Of a DNA stretch of 64,000 nt, positions 18,499-27,679 are shown one piece after another (the stretch's first letter is position 1; each line of letters opens with the position of its first letter). The stretch is taken from contig JAWKXN010000001.1 in assembly GCA_041396965.1 (NCBI GenBank), positions 462,058 to 526,057 on the forward strand, in the 5' to 3' direction. The notes under the pieces are model-generated. The model was not told the origin of the DNA and did not search any database. It worked only from the letters and a program-made list of their open reading frames with translations. The position numbers were made by a program, and so were the translations under genes. This stretch comes from Rickettsiales bacterium (lineage in GTDB: Bacteria > Pseudomonadota > Alphaproteobacteria > Rickettsiales > SXRF01).

Positions 18499-19809
18499 TT
18501 ACACCTTGATTTTTCCTGTCACCGCATGGGCGATGAGCGTTTGTTTGAATTCTTTAAGTTTCTCAATTTCACGCTCTGCGTTGTTAAACGCAGGGCTGAA
18601 GTCAGATTCAATTTTCTTGCAATATGCGACAATTTTTTCTTCGTCATCTTTGTGTGGACAAATTACTTTAAGAGCGGAAAGCGTATTTTGCCCTAGTGTT
18701 GGGATGGTTCCCCCAATGACATTATTCTCTACTTGTATTCTAAAATACGGTGCAGAGATGCTTCTTTGCAGCAAGCTAGCACTCATCTTAAATCTTTTGA
18801 GAACAACCAACTGTGGATTGATTGTCATTTCCATATCGTATTTATCAATAATGGCGCTTTTTCCATAAGATGAACCAGTTTTGACAAAGATTATATCATT
18901 CTCGAAAACCATGATTTCTGGGGATTCGTGATATTTCTTCCAAGATAAAAAGCTGACCTTGTCTGTTGAAAATCCATTTTCATGAATGTTGCTTGGGCTA
19001 AGAGTTATTGCACCTTCACCTTCATCCACTAGATCAGAAGCAGTGTAGCCCCTGAACCCAATACGTCCGAAGATTTGGCATACATTCTTCAAGCGCTTCA
19101 CCTCCCAGTGGGCGGGGATGTGGCCGATCCATTCGATGCCGCTGTCTTTCATGGGCGCGTTGGGGTTGAGGCCTTTAGTGACGGCTTGGTTGATGAGGAT
19201 GGATTTTTGTTCCTTCAGCAACTCAATCAGCCGCTGCTTTTTCTCTATCGCCGCATCAATCTCCGCCGTTTTCTGATCCAAAAACGCCACAATGCGATCT
19301 TGTGTTGCCATATCAATGGCGGGAACAGGTAAGTCTAGCAGATCATTTTGATTGAGTGTTGAGCGAACACCCGCGCCTAATTTGTTGTAGACTCCCTCCA
19401 GATACATGAAGAAATAAAAATAATATAAGAATCTGGGGTTAGTATTATTAGAAGGTCGAACTCGAATGTATGCTGAGCTCATAATCCCATCTTCATGTAC
19501 AAGCCCCACACGACTTGTTTTGTAGTTTTCAAGGTCAATTAGCTTAAAGACCAGATCATCTTTTTCAAACAGCTGGTAGGTGCGGTAATCGTCTGGAACC
19601 AACCCTTCTGGCGAATCCGGATTGTTATTCACTACACCACGAAGCGTTAGTGAAAGCACGTTCTCACATTCATTCTTGCGGTTAAGATATTTTTTATATT
19701 TGTGAATCCACTTTGCGCGCTCCAAAGACCAATCTTCTGGAATCTTTCCCAGCCAAGGCACGCCGCTGTCTTTGTAGCTGTCATAGGTTTGGTAGGCTGC
19801 TTGCATCAT
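18499..19809 (-). CDS. hsdS: Type I restriction-modification S (specificity) subunit
   Basis: 436 aa, with two variable halves separated by conserved helices (IVAFLDQKTAEIDAAIEKKQRLIELLKEQKSILINQAVTKGL and REIEKLKEFKQTLIAHAVTGKIKV). It is ATGA-overlapped with hsdM. Confidence 0.85.
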   Translation of the reverse strand: MMQAAYQTYDSYKDSGVPWLGKIPEDWSLERAKWIHKYKKYLNRKNECENVLSLTLRGVVNNNPDSPEGLVPDDYRTYQLFEKDDLVFKLIDLENYKTSRVGLVHEDGIMSSAYIRVRPSNNTNPRFLYYFYFFMYLEGVYNKLGAGVRSTLNQNDLLDLPVPAIDMATQDRIVAFLDQKTAEIDAAIEKKQRLIELLKEQKSILINQAVTKGLNPNAPMKDSGIEWIGHIPAHWEVKRLKNVCQIFGRIGFRGYTASDLVDEGEGAITLSPSNIHENGFSTDKVSFLSWKKYHESPEIMVFENDIIFVKTGSSYGKSAIIDKYDMEMTINPQLVVLKRFKMSASLLQRSISAPYFRIQVENNVIGGTIPTLGQNTLSALKVICPHKDDEEKIVAYCKKIESDFSPAFNNAEREIEKLKEFKQTLIAHAVTGKIKV

Positions 19810-22148
19810 GCGGCCTCACTTTTTGGTGTAGCGCTGGTGAGATCAACCAGCTTTTTCAGCAAGCCTTCGGTTTCTTCTTCCAGCTGCAGAATATCCCGCG
19901 TCACATCATCCAGCGAGCGCAACGGCTGGTGCTGGTAGAAATAGCGGTTGAAGCTGATTTCATAGCCGATGGTGGTTTTGCCAATGTCCAGCCATGCTTC
20001 ATCCACATGTGGGCGCACCTCGCTCAAGAAGTAATCGTGAATATCTTCCTTCAGCGGCACGTTCTCTGTGTCGCGTAGGTCGCTGTCGGTTTCATATTCG
20101 AGATACTCGCCATCTTTGCCGGTCGGCCAGTAGCCATAATCCGCCAGATGTTGTTTTTCTGTTCCCAGCTTCTCCAGCAGCTCTTCCAGCTTTGCACCGG
20201 CGAGTTTATGCTGTTTTTTGATGACTTTCTCAGCCTTTTCATCGCGCCAGCTAATAGCGTTTAGAATCTGGTTTTTCTCGGAAGCTGAGAGCTTGATCTT
20301 CTGCGCTTTCAGCGTGGCCTCAAATTTCTCGCTGAAAGTGTTGAAGTCGTTCCAAACATCCTGCCCAATAATACCCATCAGCTTTTCAGCCGTTTGCATC
20401 AGGTCACGCTGCTCTATCCACGTTTTTTCGCTGAGTAGCGCTTTTTTGTTTTTTGGGGTGATGCTGATTTCCTCGCGCTCCAGATAATCCTCGATCACCT
20501 GCTTATGCGATTTGATGTTGGTGTACACTTCATCTTCATATTTTTCGAACATCCATTCCATCACCTCCTGCATGGCAGAAGCAAAGCGAAGGCTGGCCAC
20601 GCGCTCCGGCGTGAATTGCGCGGACTTACGCAGCGGACGTTCTACCGTCACTTTGTAATAACCAAAATCTTCATTATCAAAGAGCTTGGAAACGCCTTCG
20701 TCCTTCATATCCAGATAGATGCGGGTGATTTCATCAATATGTGCGTCGGTAAATTCGCAGTTCTTTTGCCCCAGATTCTTGCGGAGCTTTTGATACATCT
20801 CTGAAGCATTGATCAGCTGCACCTTGCCGCGTCGGTGGGCAGGCTTGTTGTTGCACAGAATCCAGATATAGGTGGTGATGCCTGTGTTGTAGAACATGTT
20901 ATTCGGCAGCTGGATAATGGCTTCCAGATAGTCGTTTTCAATAATGAAGCGGCGGATGTTGCTTTCGCCGCCGCCTGCATCACCTGTAAAAAGGGATGAG
21001 CCATTATGCACTGATGCGATGCGCGAACCTTGCGGGCTGTTGGCGAGGTTACGCATTTTGCCTGCCATCTCCATCAGGAACAGCAGCTGGCCGTCGGATG
21101 AGCGTGGGGTGGCATCTGCCATTTCATCTTCCCCAGCGAAGTTCTTCAGGCGCACCTGAAAGCGAGAGTCGATAACGTCTTTGCCGTCTTTGATGTATTT
21201 CAGGTCAGATTTCCATGACTTACCATAAGGCGGGTTGGAAAGCATAAAATCAAACTTCATGGCCGAAAACTCGTCTGTGGCCAAGGTGGAGCCGAGCTTG
21301 ATGTTTTCAGGGTTATTGCCCTTGATCATCATGTCGGATTTACAGATGGCAAACGTTTCCGGGTTCACCTCTTTGCCGTACACATACACATCAGCGGTGG
21401 ATTTGATGCCGCCTTCGGGGTCAATGATGAAATTCTGCGCTTCGGTGAGCATGCCGCCAGAACCGCAGGCGGGGTCATAGATCGTCATCACCGGCGGCAG
21501 TTGGTTTTTGACCGGCTCAAAGAGGATATGCGTCATGAGCTTGATAACTTCACGCGGGGTAAAGTGCTCTCCGGCTTCTTCGTTGTTTTCCTCGTTGAAT
21601 TTGCGGATCAATTCCTCAAACACATAGCCCATGCCCAGATTGCTAAGGCCGGCCAGCAGGCGTCCATCAGCCGTGCGCTTATCTTCCGGGCTGAGGTTGA
21701 TTTCTTCTGAGACATATTTCTCGATCACATCATACAGCACATCAGCCGCTACCATCTTGCGCACCTGATTACGCAGATCAAAGTTTTCGATGATTTCTTT
21801 CACGTTGGCGCTGAAGCCATCCAGATAGGTTTTGAAGTTTGCTTCCAGCTGTGACGGGTTGCCCAGCAATGATTTCAGCGTGAATTGAGAGGTGTTGTAG
21901 AACACATAGCCTGAAGCCTCGCAGAGTCCTTTAGGATCGAGCTCGGTGAGTCCGACATCCGTGCGTTGAAATTTCACTTCTTCAAGTACGGCTTCTTTTG
22001 TCGGCTCCAGCAGGCAATCTAGGCGGCGCAGTACAAACATCGGGAGAATAACGTCGCGATATTTGCCCCGCACGAACACATCGCGCAGGCAATCATCCGC
22101 AATCGACCATATAAAGCTGACAATTTTATTATGTGTTGAGTGATCCAT
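19806..22148 (-). CDS. hsdM: Type I restriction-modification M subunit (N6-adenine DNA methyltransferase), long form
   Basis: Has motif I DPACGSGGML and motif IV LSNPPYGKSW. At 780 aa it has a long C-terminal helical extension. Confidence 0.9.
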   Translation of the reverse strand: MDHSTHNKIVSFIWSIADDCLRDVFVRGKYRDVILPMFVLRRLDCLLEPTKEAVLEEVKFQRTDVGLTELDPKGLCEASGYVFYNTSQFTLKSLLGNPSQLEANFKTYLDGFSANVKEIIENFDLRNQVRKMVAADVLYDVIEKYVSEEINLSPEDKRTADGRLLAGLSNLGMGYVFEELIRKFNEENNEEAGEHFTPREVIKLMTHILFEPVKNQLPPVMTIYDPACGSGGMLTEAQNFIIDPEGGIKSTADVYVYGKEVNPETFAICKSDMMIKGNNPENIKLGSTLATDEFSAMKFDFMLSNPPYGKSWKSDLKYIKDGKDVIDSRFQVRLKNFAGEDEMADATPRSSDGQLLFLMEMAGKMRNLANSPQGSRIASVHNGSSLFTGDAGGGESNIRRFIIENDYLEAIIQLPNNMFYNTGITTYIWILCNNKPAHRRGKVQLINASEMYQKLRKNLGQKNCEFTDAHIDEITRIYLDMKDEGVSKLFDNEDFGYYKVTVERPLRKSAQFTPERVASLRFASAMQEVMEWMFEKYEDEVYTNIKSHKQVIEDYLEREEISITPKNKKALLSEKTWIEQRDLMQTAEKLMGIIGQDVWNDFNTFSEKFEATLKAQKIKLSASEKNQILNAISWRDEKAEKVIKKQHKLAGAKLEELLEKLGTEKQHLADYGYWPTGKDGEYLEYETDSDLRDTENVPLKEDIHDYFLSEVRPHVDEAWLDIGKTTIGYEISFNRYFYQHQPLRSLDDVTRDILQLEEETEGLLKKLVDLTSATPKSEAA

Positions 22149-22330
22149 TACTTTGCCTCCCTTTTTCCCTGTTCTGCTATCCAGCTATCAATCTCACTTT
22201 TCTTGAAACGCCATGCGCCGCCAACCTTAAAGCCGGGAATTTTACCTTCAGCCGTCAGCTTGTAAGCCGTCTTGTCATTGATCTTCAGGTAGTCTGCGAC
22301 TTCCTTCATGGTCATTATGTCAGAATCCAT
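22148..22330 (-). CDS. Excisionase-family helix-turn-helix DNA-binding protein
   Basis: 60 aa. MTMKEVADYLKINDKTAYKLTAEGKIPGFKVGGAWRFKKSEIDSWI is the classic excisionase/MerR-like HTH pattern. Its stop overlaps the hsdM start by 1 nt (TAATG). Confidence 0.7.
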   Translation of the reverse strand: MDSDIMTMKEVADYLKINDKTAYKLTAEGKIPGFKVGGAWRFKKSEIDSWIAEQGKREAK

Positions 22331-22435
22331 TGCAACGCCTCTCTAAATGCGGGACATCTGACAATACAGAAAAGGAGAGAAAAAACAAGAAAGTTACAGA
22401 ATAAATTCACCCCTTAACGTATTGTTCTGAAGCGC

Positions 22436-23197
22436 TTACACCGCCTGTGGCTCAGATAGGGCTGGCATAGGGCTGCATATAGGACTCAGGCGGTAATAGC
22501 CGCGTCCATTGGAGTGTATCAATTCTTTCCAATGTGCCTGATGACGGAACGCGTCGCGCATGATCATGCTGGATGATCCGGCGTTGGCGAGCAGCGTTTT
22601 GCCGTGAATCCACGGGTTATCCGATAGCAGGCTGGCTTCATGCAGCTGGCGCACGATGGCAGCCTGTATCTCGCCGAAAGTAAACTGGTAGCCATTTAGC
22701 CGCACGAGGCGATAGTTATTTTGCTGGTTAAACATTGGCTGCGCTTGCGGTGGGGCATCGCGTTTGATTTTGTGTACACTAATCACCTTGCAGGGTTTAC
22801 TTGCGGCGAGATTATGCGCTTTCTCGAAGCTCCGCATATCTTCGGTGAGGATCAGCAAATCCTCGATCCACATCTCTACCTTATCCAAATGCTCCACAAT
22901 GAGGTAATGTGAATCGGGTTGGCGGGTGAGGAATTTGCGCCGCGCCACCACACCTTTGGAAAAGATGATTCGGCAGGATTCCGGTGCCACACGGACATAT
23001 CCCTCCAGCTGCTGCGCAGGATGGCGGGTGGCATTGTCCGGGCTGTGTTCAGTGATGGTGTAGGCATAGGTGGGCGATAACCACACCGAAGCATGTAGTT
23101 TACCCGCGACGATTGCATGCTGCACCTCCTCCAGAGTGGTCGTCCAACGAGCTGCTGCCTGCGATAATGTGTAATACTCCCGTTCAGGAAAGGGCAT
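22436..23197 (-). CDS. Hypothetical protein (253 aa), possible DNA-binding regulator
   Basis: It is transcribed divergently from the S24 repressor gene. The N-terminus YYTLSQAAARWTTTLEEVQHAIVAGKL looks HTH-like. No catalytic motif was recognised. Confidence 0.45.
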   Translation of the reverse strand: MPFPEREYYTLSQAAARWTTTLEEVQHAIVAGKLHASVWLSPTYAYTITEHSPDNATRHPAQQLEGYVRVAPESCRIIFSKGVVARRKFLTRQPDSHYLIVEHLDKVEMWIEDLLILTEDMRSFEKAHNLAASKPCKVISVHKIKRDAPPQAQPMFNQQNNYRLVRLNGYQFTFGEIQAAIVRQLHEASLLSDNPWIHGKTLLANAGSSSMIMRDAFRHQAHWKELIHSNGRGYYRLSPICSPMPALSEPQAV

Positions 23198-23309
23198 GCC
23201 AGCCTCCCGATTTTGCTTTATAATTTGGTCTTTCCAATGCCTCTTGAATTATGTACAGTATTTTGTTATGTAGCGTCAACTGCATTGAAAACTTTTTAGG
23301 AGTGTTCAC

Positions 23310-23837
23310 TTGTCTAAGCACACGCACGGCGGGAAACGCAAAGGCGCTGGCAGGCCAAAAGGTCAAGGAAAATTCGGCGAAGCCACCAAACCGGTACGCA
23401 TACCTCTGAGCTTGCTTGGGGATGTGTGCCAATATGTGAAAAATCGTGGCTACAAAGTGCCGCTTTATGCGTCGAAAATTCCCGCAGGCGTTCCCACGCC
23501 GCTGGAAGATCATCTGGAAGATACGATTGATGTGAACGAGCTGATCATCAAAGACCCGGATTGCACCTATCTTGTGCGCGTGTCGGGCAACTCGATGATT
23601 GATGCAGGCATTCGTGAAGATGATGTGCTGGTGGTGGATACCGGCAAACATCCTGAGCATAAAGACATTGTGATTGCTTCCGTTGATGGTGAGTTAACCG
23701 TCAAACGCTTGTACCGGCAAAATGGCGACATCATGCTGGTGCCAGAAAACTCTGATTATGAGCCACGCCTGATCAAAGAAGGTGAAGAACTCAACGTGCT
23801 GGGCGTGGTGACGTTCATCATCCATCCGGCATCTTAA
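23310..23837 (+). CDS. S24 (LexA/CI/UmuD-like) self-cleaving repressor
   Basis: Has the Ser/Lys dyad context VRVSGNSMIDAGI ... GELTVKRL. It uses a TTG start with a TAGGAG RBS 8 nt upstream. The basic N-terminus is GGKRKGAGRPKG. Confidence 0.75.
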   Translation: MSKHTHGGKRKGAGRPKGQGKFGEATKPVRIPLSLLGDVCQYVKNRGYKVPLYASKIPAGVPTPLEDHLEDTIDVNELIIKDPDCTYLVRVSGNSMIDAGIREDDVLVVDTGKHPEHKDIVIASVDGELTVKRLYRQNGDIMLVPENSDYEPRLIKEGEELNVLGVVTFIIHPAS

Positions 23838-23946
23838 GCCCTATCTCGGCTCCACCTCAGCCCTAAGCGACACCTAGGCGAGCCCCACGCCAGCCCACCC
23901 ATTTGTCATGCACCTTCTGTCCGAACAGTTCGAACAGGAGGCAACC

Positions 23947-24159
23947 ATGAACGATTCACCCACACCTATCTCTGCTTTTGATGAAATCTGTCATCTGACG
24001 GAACAGACCATGCGCCGCATGGATTTGGACGAACTACGAGCGCTTAGAAAGCAGGCCAGTCGGGAGCAGCAAAAGTCGCTGCTGGCGATCCGCGCACTCA
24101 CCACCATCATCAACGAAAAAACACAGGCGCAGGGCAATGAAGATGCCAGCAGCGCATAG
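23947..24159 (+). CDS. Hypothetical phage protein (70 aa)
   Basis: The start was moved to ATG 23947 (MNDSPTP...), which follows a strong AGGAGG RBS. Confidence 0.4.
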   Translation: MNDSPTPISAFDEICHLTEQTMRRMDLDELRALRKQASREQQKSLLAIRALTTIINEKTQAQGNEDASSA

Positions 24160-24167
24160 GGTCGCTC

Positions 24168-25328
24168 ATGTCAATCGAATGGTACAGGGTTTATCACGGT
24201 ATGCCAGAGGACGCTAAACTTCGGGTGATTGCCAAACGCAGCGGCCAGCTGATGACGCATGTTGTCACGGTGTGGCTGTGCGTGCTGGATGCCGCATCCC
24301 GTCACAAAACACGCGGCACGGTGGAAGTGGATTCCGAGCAGATTGCAGTGGTGCAGGAGATTGACCAGCGCATAGTCGAATCCATCCTGCATACCTTCTA
24401 CGAGAAAGGCATGATCAGTGAGGATCACCGGCTGGTGGGCTGGGACAAGCGGCAATATGCCACCGATGCTGAGCGTGCGAAGAAATACCGGGACGGCAAA
24501 AAACAGTCTGACACGGAAAGTAACGCAGCGTCACGCGGCGTCACGAACGGTAACGCGAAAACACACAAAAACGACAAATCGGCACCAGATACAGATAGCA
24601 GAGTACAGACTACAGATTCAGACACAGAAAACAGAAAAACAGATAAAAAAAGCAGAAAGAGAGAAGAAAAGAGAGAGTCCGAGAGAGAAAAACAGCAGAT
24701 CAGTGGAAAAACCCAGAATAAGATTCTGGCAGAGATGCTCGACATCTGGAACGAGCATGTGCAGAGCAAGCTCACCAGAGGCCACAAGGCGATCCTCACC
24801 CCCAAACGCAAACAGCTGATCACCGAACGCTGGCTGGAGGATTTCCAGCAAGACATGCGGGCGTGGCGTTACTACTGCGAAGTGATCGGCAATTCGGATT
24901 TTTGCCTCGGCAAGCTGGAAGGCAAAGGCTGGACGATTGATCTGACATGGGCGGTGGAGTCCAGTGAGCATGTGGCCAAAATCTTAGAGGGCGGATTCTC
25001 TGGCGGCAAGCATCCCTCCAAACCCTCGGTTTGTCATGTGCCGGAATTGAAGGACGCATGGGATCAAGTGCTTGCCGCCTTTGCAGAGAAGCACACCTCG
25101 CAGGCCTGTCGCAGCTGGCTCGGCAATACCGCCATCACCCACAAAACACCGCACCCGGATGGGGCAATGGTGACGCTGGTCTGCGCGTCGCGCTTTTCCA
25201 AGGAATGGATCACCAAACATTACCTCGCTGACCTGAATCGCTGGTGGGCAGAGGTCACGGCAAATGACGCCCGCGTCACGGGCATGGAACTGATCATGGA
25301 GGGCGAGTCATGCAAAAATGGACAATGA
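24168..25328 (+). CDS. Putative phage replication protein with a DnaA N-terminal-like C-terminal domain
   Basis: The C-terminal segment WDQVLAAFAEKHTSQACRSWLGNT...VTLVCASRFSKEWITKHYLADLNRWW resembles the DnaA_N pattern. The central part is a K/E/S/D-rich low-complexity linker. Confidence 0.4.
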   Translation: MSIEWYRVYHGMPEDAKLRVIAKRSGQLMTHVVTVWLCVLDAASRHKTRGTVEVDSEQIAVVQEIDQRIVESILHTFYEKGMISEDHRLVGWDKRQYATDAERAKKYRDGKKQSDTESNAASRGVTNGNAKTHKNDKSAPDTDSRVQTTDSDTENRKTDKKSRKREEKRESEREKQQISGKTQNKILAEMLDIWNEHVQSKLTRGHKAILTPKRKQLITERWLEDFQQDMRAWRYYCEVIGNSDFCLGKLEGKGWTIDLTWAVESSEHVAKILEGGFSGGKHPSKPSVCHVPELKDAWDQVLAAFAEKHTSQACRSWLGNTAITHKTPHPDGAMVTLVCASRFSKEWITKHYLADLNRWWAEVTANDARVTGMELIMEGESCKNGQ

Positions 25329-25702
25329 ATGATGTGGCCGAACGCTTTGAAGAAGCGGTGTACACACTGAAACGCCTGCCGCCGGTGCGCGTGCAAGGCT
25401 ACTTCAACGCATGGCCGGAAGTCGTGCGTACCACGATGGAAATCTTGCAAGCAGAGCCTGACCCGTTCCGCCTCGGACCACCTTCGGCAGCCGCCATCAG
25501 TCGCATGGAAGAATGCCTCGGCTGGATATTCTGGCTCGATAGCGAAGATGAACGCCGCCTGATCTGGCTGAAAGCGCACCGCGTGCGCAACCGCCAAATC
25601 TGTGCGCGGCTGGGCTGCGGGCGCACCAAGGTCTGGCAGATGTGGTCGGTGGCGCTGATGAAGATCGCCGTGCGCCTGAACGCCAAGCAGGAAGGGCGTT
25701 AG
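25325..25702 (+). CDS. Small HTH-type phage regulator (DUF6362-like)
   Basis: The start was moved to ATG 25325 because of the ATGA overlap with the previous stop. The C-terminus RNRQICARLGCGRTKVWQMWSVALMKIAVRL looks like a sigma-70 region-4-type HTH. Confidence 0.4.
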   Translation: MNDVAERFEEAVYTLKRLPPVRVQGYFNAWPEVVRTTMEILQAEPDPFRLGPPSAAAISRMEECLGWIFWLDSEDERRLIWLKAHRVRNRQICARLGCGRTKVWQMWSVALMKIAVRLNAKQEGR

Positions 25703-25845
25703 AATGATCACGCAAAAAAACACTAAACAGAGTGAACAATTTCTGATATATGTACACATATCATCGCGAGAGGTGCGCCAAAGCGCCTTTTTAGAATCCG
25801 CGAGATTTCCCTTACCTATATCGCCAGCTTTGCGCGAGGCTTGAG

Positions 25846-26070
25846 ATGATCACCGATCTCACGCCATACCGTAAGCATGTCGATCAGTTCGATCTGAGCG
25901 AGCAAGAAAAGCTGGAATTGGTGAACGCTGTTTGGATGTTGGTCGAAAATTTATACGATCATCAGCTTGGCATTAACCAGCTGCTTTTACTGGATAAAAA
26001 GGCTAAAAACAGCGTTGATTGCGAAGTGCCACCTGTTATCGTTGACGAAGTAAACCCTTCTGAAACATAG
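25846..26070 (+). CDS. Hypothetical phage protein (74 aa)
   Basis: This ORF sits directly upstream of the integrase, where a recombination directionality factor is often encoded. No motif was recognised. Confidence 0.3.
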   Translation: MITDLTPYRKHVDQFDLSEQEKLELVNAVWMLVENLYDHQLGINQLLLLDKKAKNSVDCEVPPVIVDEVNPSET

Positions 26071-26086
26071 GAAATGGAGGCATCGC

Positions 26087-27679
26087 ATGAACCCAAAAAA
26101 GAAGGCAACCAACCAGGCAGTCATCTACTGCCGCGTATCATCACCCGATCAGGTTAAAAACGGCCACGGGCTAACATCACAGGAAACACGCTGCCGCGAG
26201 TTTGCGAAATTTCGCGGGATTGAGGTAATCAAAGCATTTCATGAGGAAGGCATCTCCGGAAGCCTGATTGACCGACCAGCCATGACGGAAATGCTAACCT
26301 TCCTGCGACAGGAGAAAAAGAAAAAGCGTGAAGTGATCGTGCTGATTGATGACATCAGCCGCCTTGCCCGAAGTCTGAAGGCGCATATTGAATTGCGGAT
26401 GGAAATCCAACATGCTGGCGGCACATTGCAATCACCCTCGATTGAGTTTGGCGAAGATTCTGATAGCCAGTTGGTAGAAAACCTTCTCGCCAGTGTATCG
26501 CAGCATCACCGGCAAAAGAACGCCGAGCAGGTAAAAAATCGGATGCGGGCACGGATGCTTTCTGGCTATTGGATTATGCGTATGCCGAAAGGCTACAAAA
26601 TGGAAAACCTGCCAGAGCATGGTAAGGTGATGGTAAGGGATGAGCCTTTAGCATCTATCATTCAGGAGGGTTTGGAAGGGTTCGCGCTTAATCGCTTTGG
26701 GTCGGTGGTGGAACTGAAGGCCTTTTTTGAGATGCAGCCTAACTTCCCACGCGACAGTAAGGGGCGAGTGCATTTTCAACGCGTGATCGACATGCTGAAC
26801 CAACAGCTTTATTCGGGCTATTATGAATATCCCAAATGGGGGATTGGCCTAACACGCGGAAAACATGAGCCAATTATCAGTTTTGATATTTACAATCGGA
26901 TTCAGGATAAATTGCACGAACGTGAGAAAGCGCCTGCGCGGCGTGACATAAACGAAGATTTCCCGCTGCGCGGCTTTGTAACATGCGCCTGCTGCGGCTT
27001 ACCATATCGTGGCAACTGGTCAGTAGGACGTGGCGGTCGATACGCCTATTATCTCTGCCAAACCAAAGGATGTGAGTTTTATGGCAAATCCATCAAGCGG
27101 GATATGGTGGAAGAAGAATTCGAGGATCTGCTGAAAAAGATTACACCATCACCGGCGATGGTGAGGCTAGTCGAGGATATAGTAGAACAGGCACGGGACA
27201 TTAAACTCGGCAGCTACGAAGAAGTCGTCGGCGGTCTGAAGGATGACCGCAAGAACCTTGATCGAAAAATCCAACAATTCTTGGATCGAATTGTGACTAC
27301 CGATAGCGCCACATTGGTTGCCACTTACGAAAAACAGATCAAGAATCTGGAGCACCGAAAGGCTCTGTTGGAGGAGAAAATCGAAAAATGCGGTACGCTG
27401 GATGACAGTTTCGAAAAGGTCAATAGAACCGCGATGGATTTTCTGGCAAACCCGCACAGATACTGGCGTGTAGCGGATTTAACGGGAAAAAGAATCCTTC
27501 TCAAGGCTACTTTTTCACGGCAGGTGTCCTACAAAAAAGGCGAAGGATATAGAACCCCGGATTTATCGCTCCCTTTCTCGGTTTTAAGGGAGTTTTCGGA
27601 CAATGAGTCCGGTTTGGTGCCGCTTAAGGGACTTGAACCCCCGACCCCATCATTACGAATGATGTGCTCTACCAACTGA
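26087..27679 (+). CDS. Large serine recombinase (phage integrase)
   Basis: Has an N-terminal resolvase domain with the catalytic Ser context AVIYCRVSSPDQ, a Cys-rich zinc ribbon (CACCGLPYRG...YYLCQTKGC) and a coiled-coil. A GGAGG RBS precedes it. The last ~21 codons are antisense to the tRNA-Thr gene. Confidence 0.9.
   Translation: MNPKKKATNQAVIYCRVSSPDQVKNGHGLTSQETRCREFAKFRGIEVIKAFHEEGISGSLIDRPAMTEMLTFLRQEKKKKREVIVLIDDISRLARSLKAHIELRMEIQHAGGTLQSPSIEFGEDSDSQLVENLLASVSQHHRQKNAEQVKNRMRARMLSGYWIMRMPKGYKMENLPEHGKVMVRDEPLASIIQEGLEGFALNRFGSVVELKAFFEMQPNFPRDSKGRVHFQRVIDMLNQQLYSGYYEYPKWGIGLTRGKHEPIISFDIYNRIQDKLHEREKAPARRDINEDFPLRGFVTCACCGLPYRGNWSVGRGGRYAYYLCQTKGCEFYGKSIKRDMVEEEFEDLLKKITPSPAMVRLVEDIVEQARDIKLGSYEEVVGGLKDDRKNLDRKIQQFLDRIVTTDSATLVATYEKQIKNLEHRKALLEEKIEKCGTLDDSFEKVNRTAMDFLANPHRYWRVADLTGKRILLKATFSRQVSYKKGEGYRTPDLSLPFSVLREFSDNESGLVPLKGLEPPTPSLRMMCSTN

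Noticed and set aside
23184-25759. Minus-strand ORFs 23184..23660, 24171..24455, 24425..24856, 24618..24971 and 25220..25759
   Set aside because: They are antisense to the S24 repressor and the replication-module genes. Their translations are Arg/His-rich or low-complexity, and the 24.4-24.9 kb ones only mirror the purine-rich tract.
25735-25800. Short palindrome atatgt-ac-acatat and a GCGC-caaa-GCGC hairpin followed by T-run after ORF 25325..25702, considered as an operator or terminator
   Set aside because: The arms are only 4-6 bp, too weak to call. They are noted only as a possible weak terminator between the regulator gene and the integrase module.
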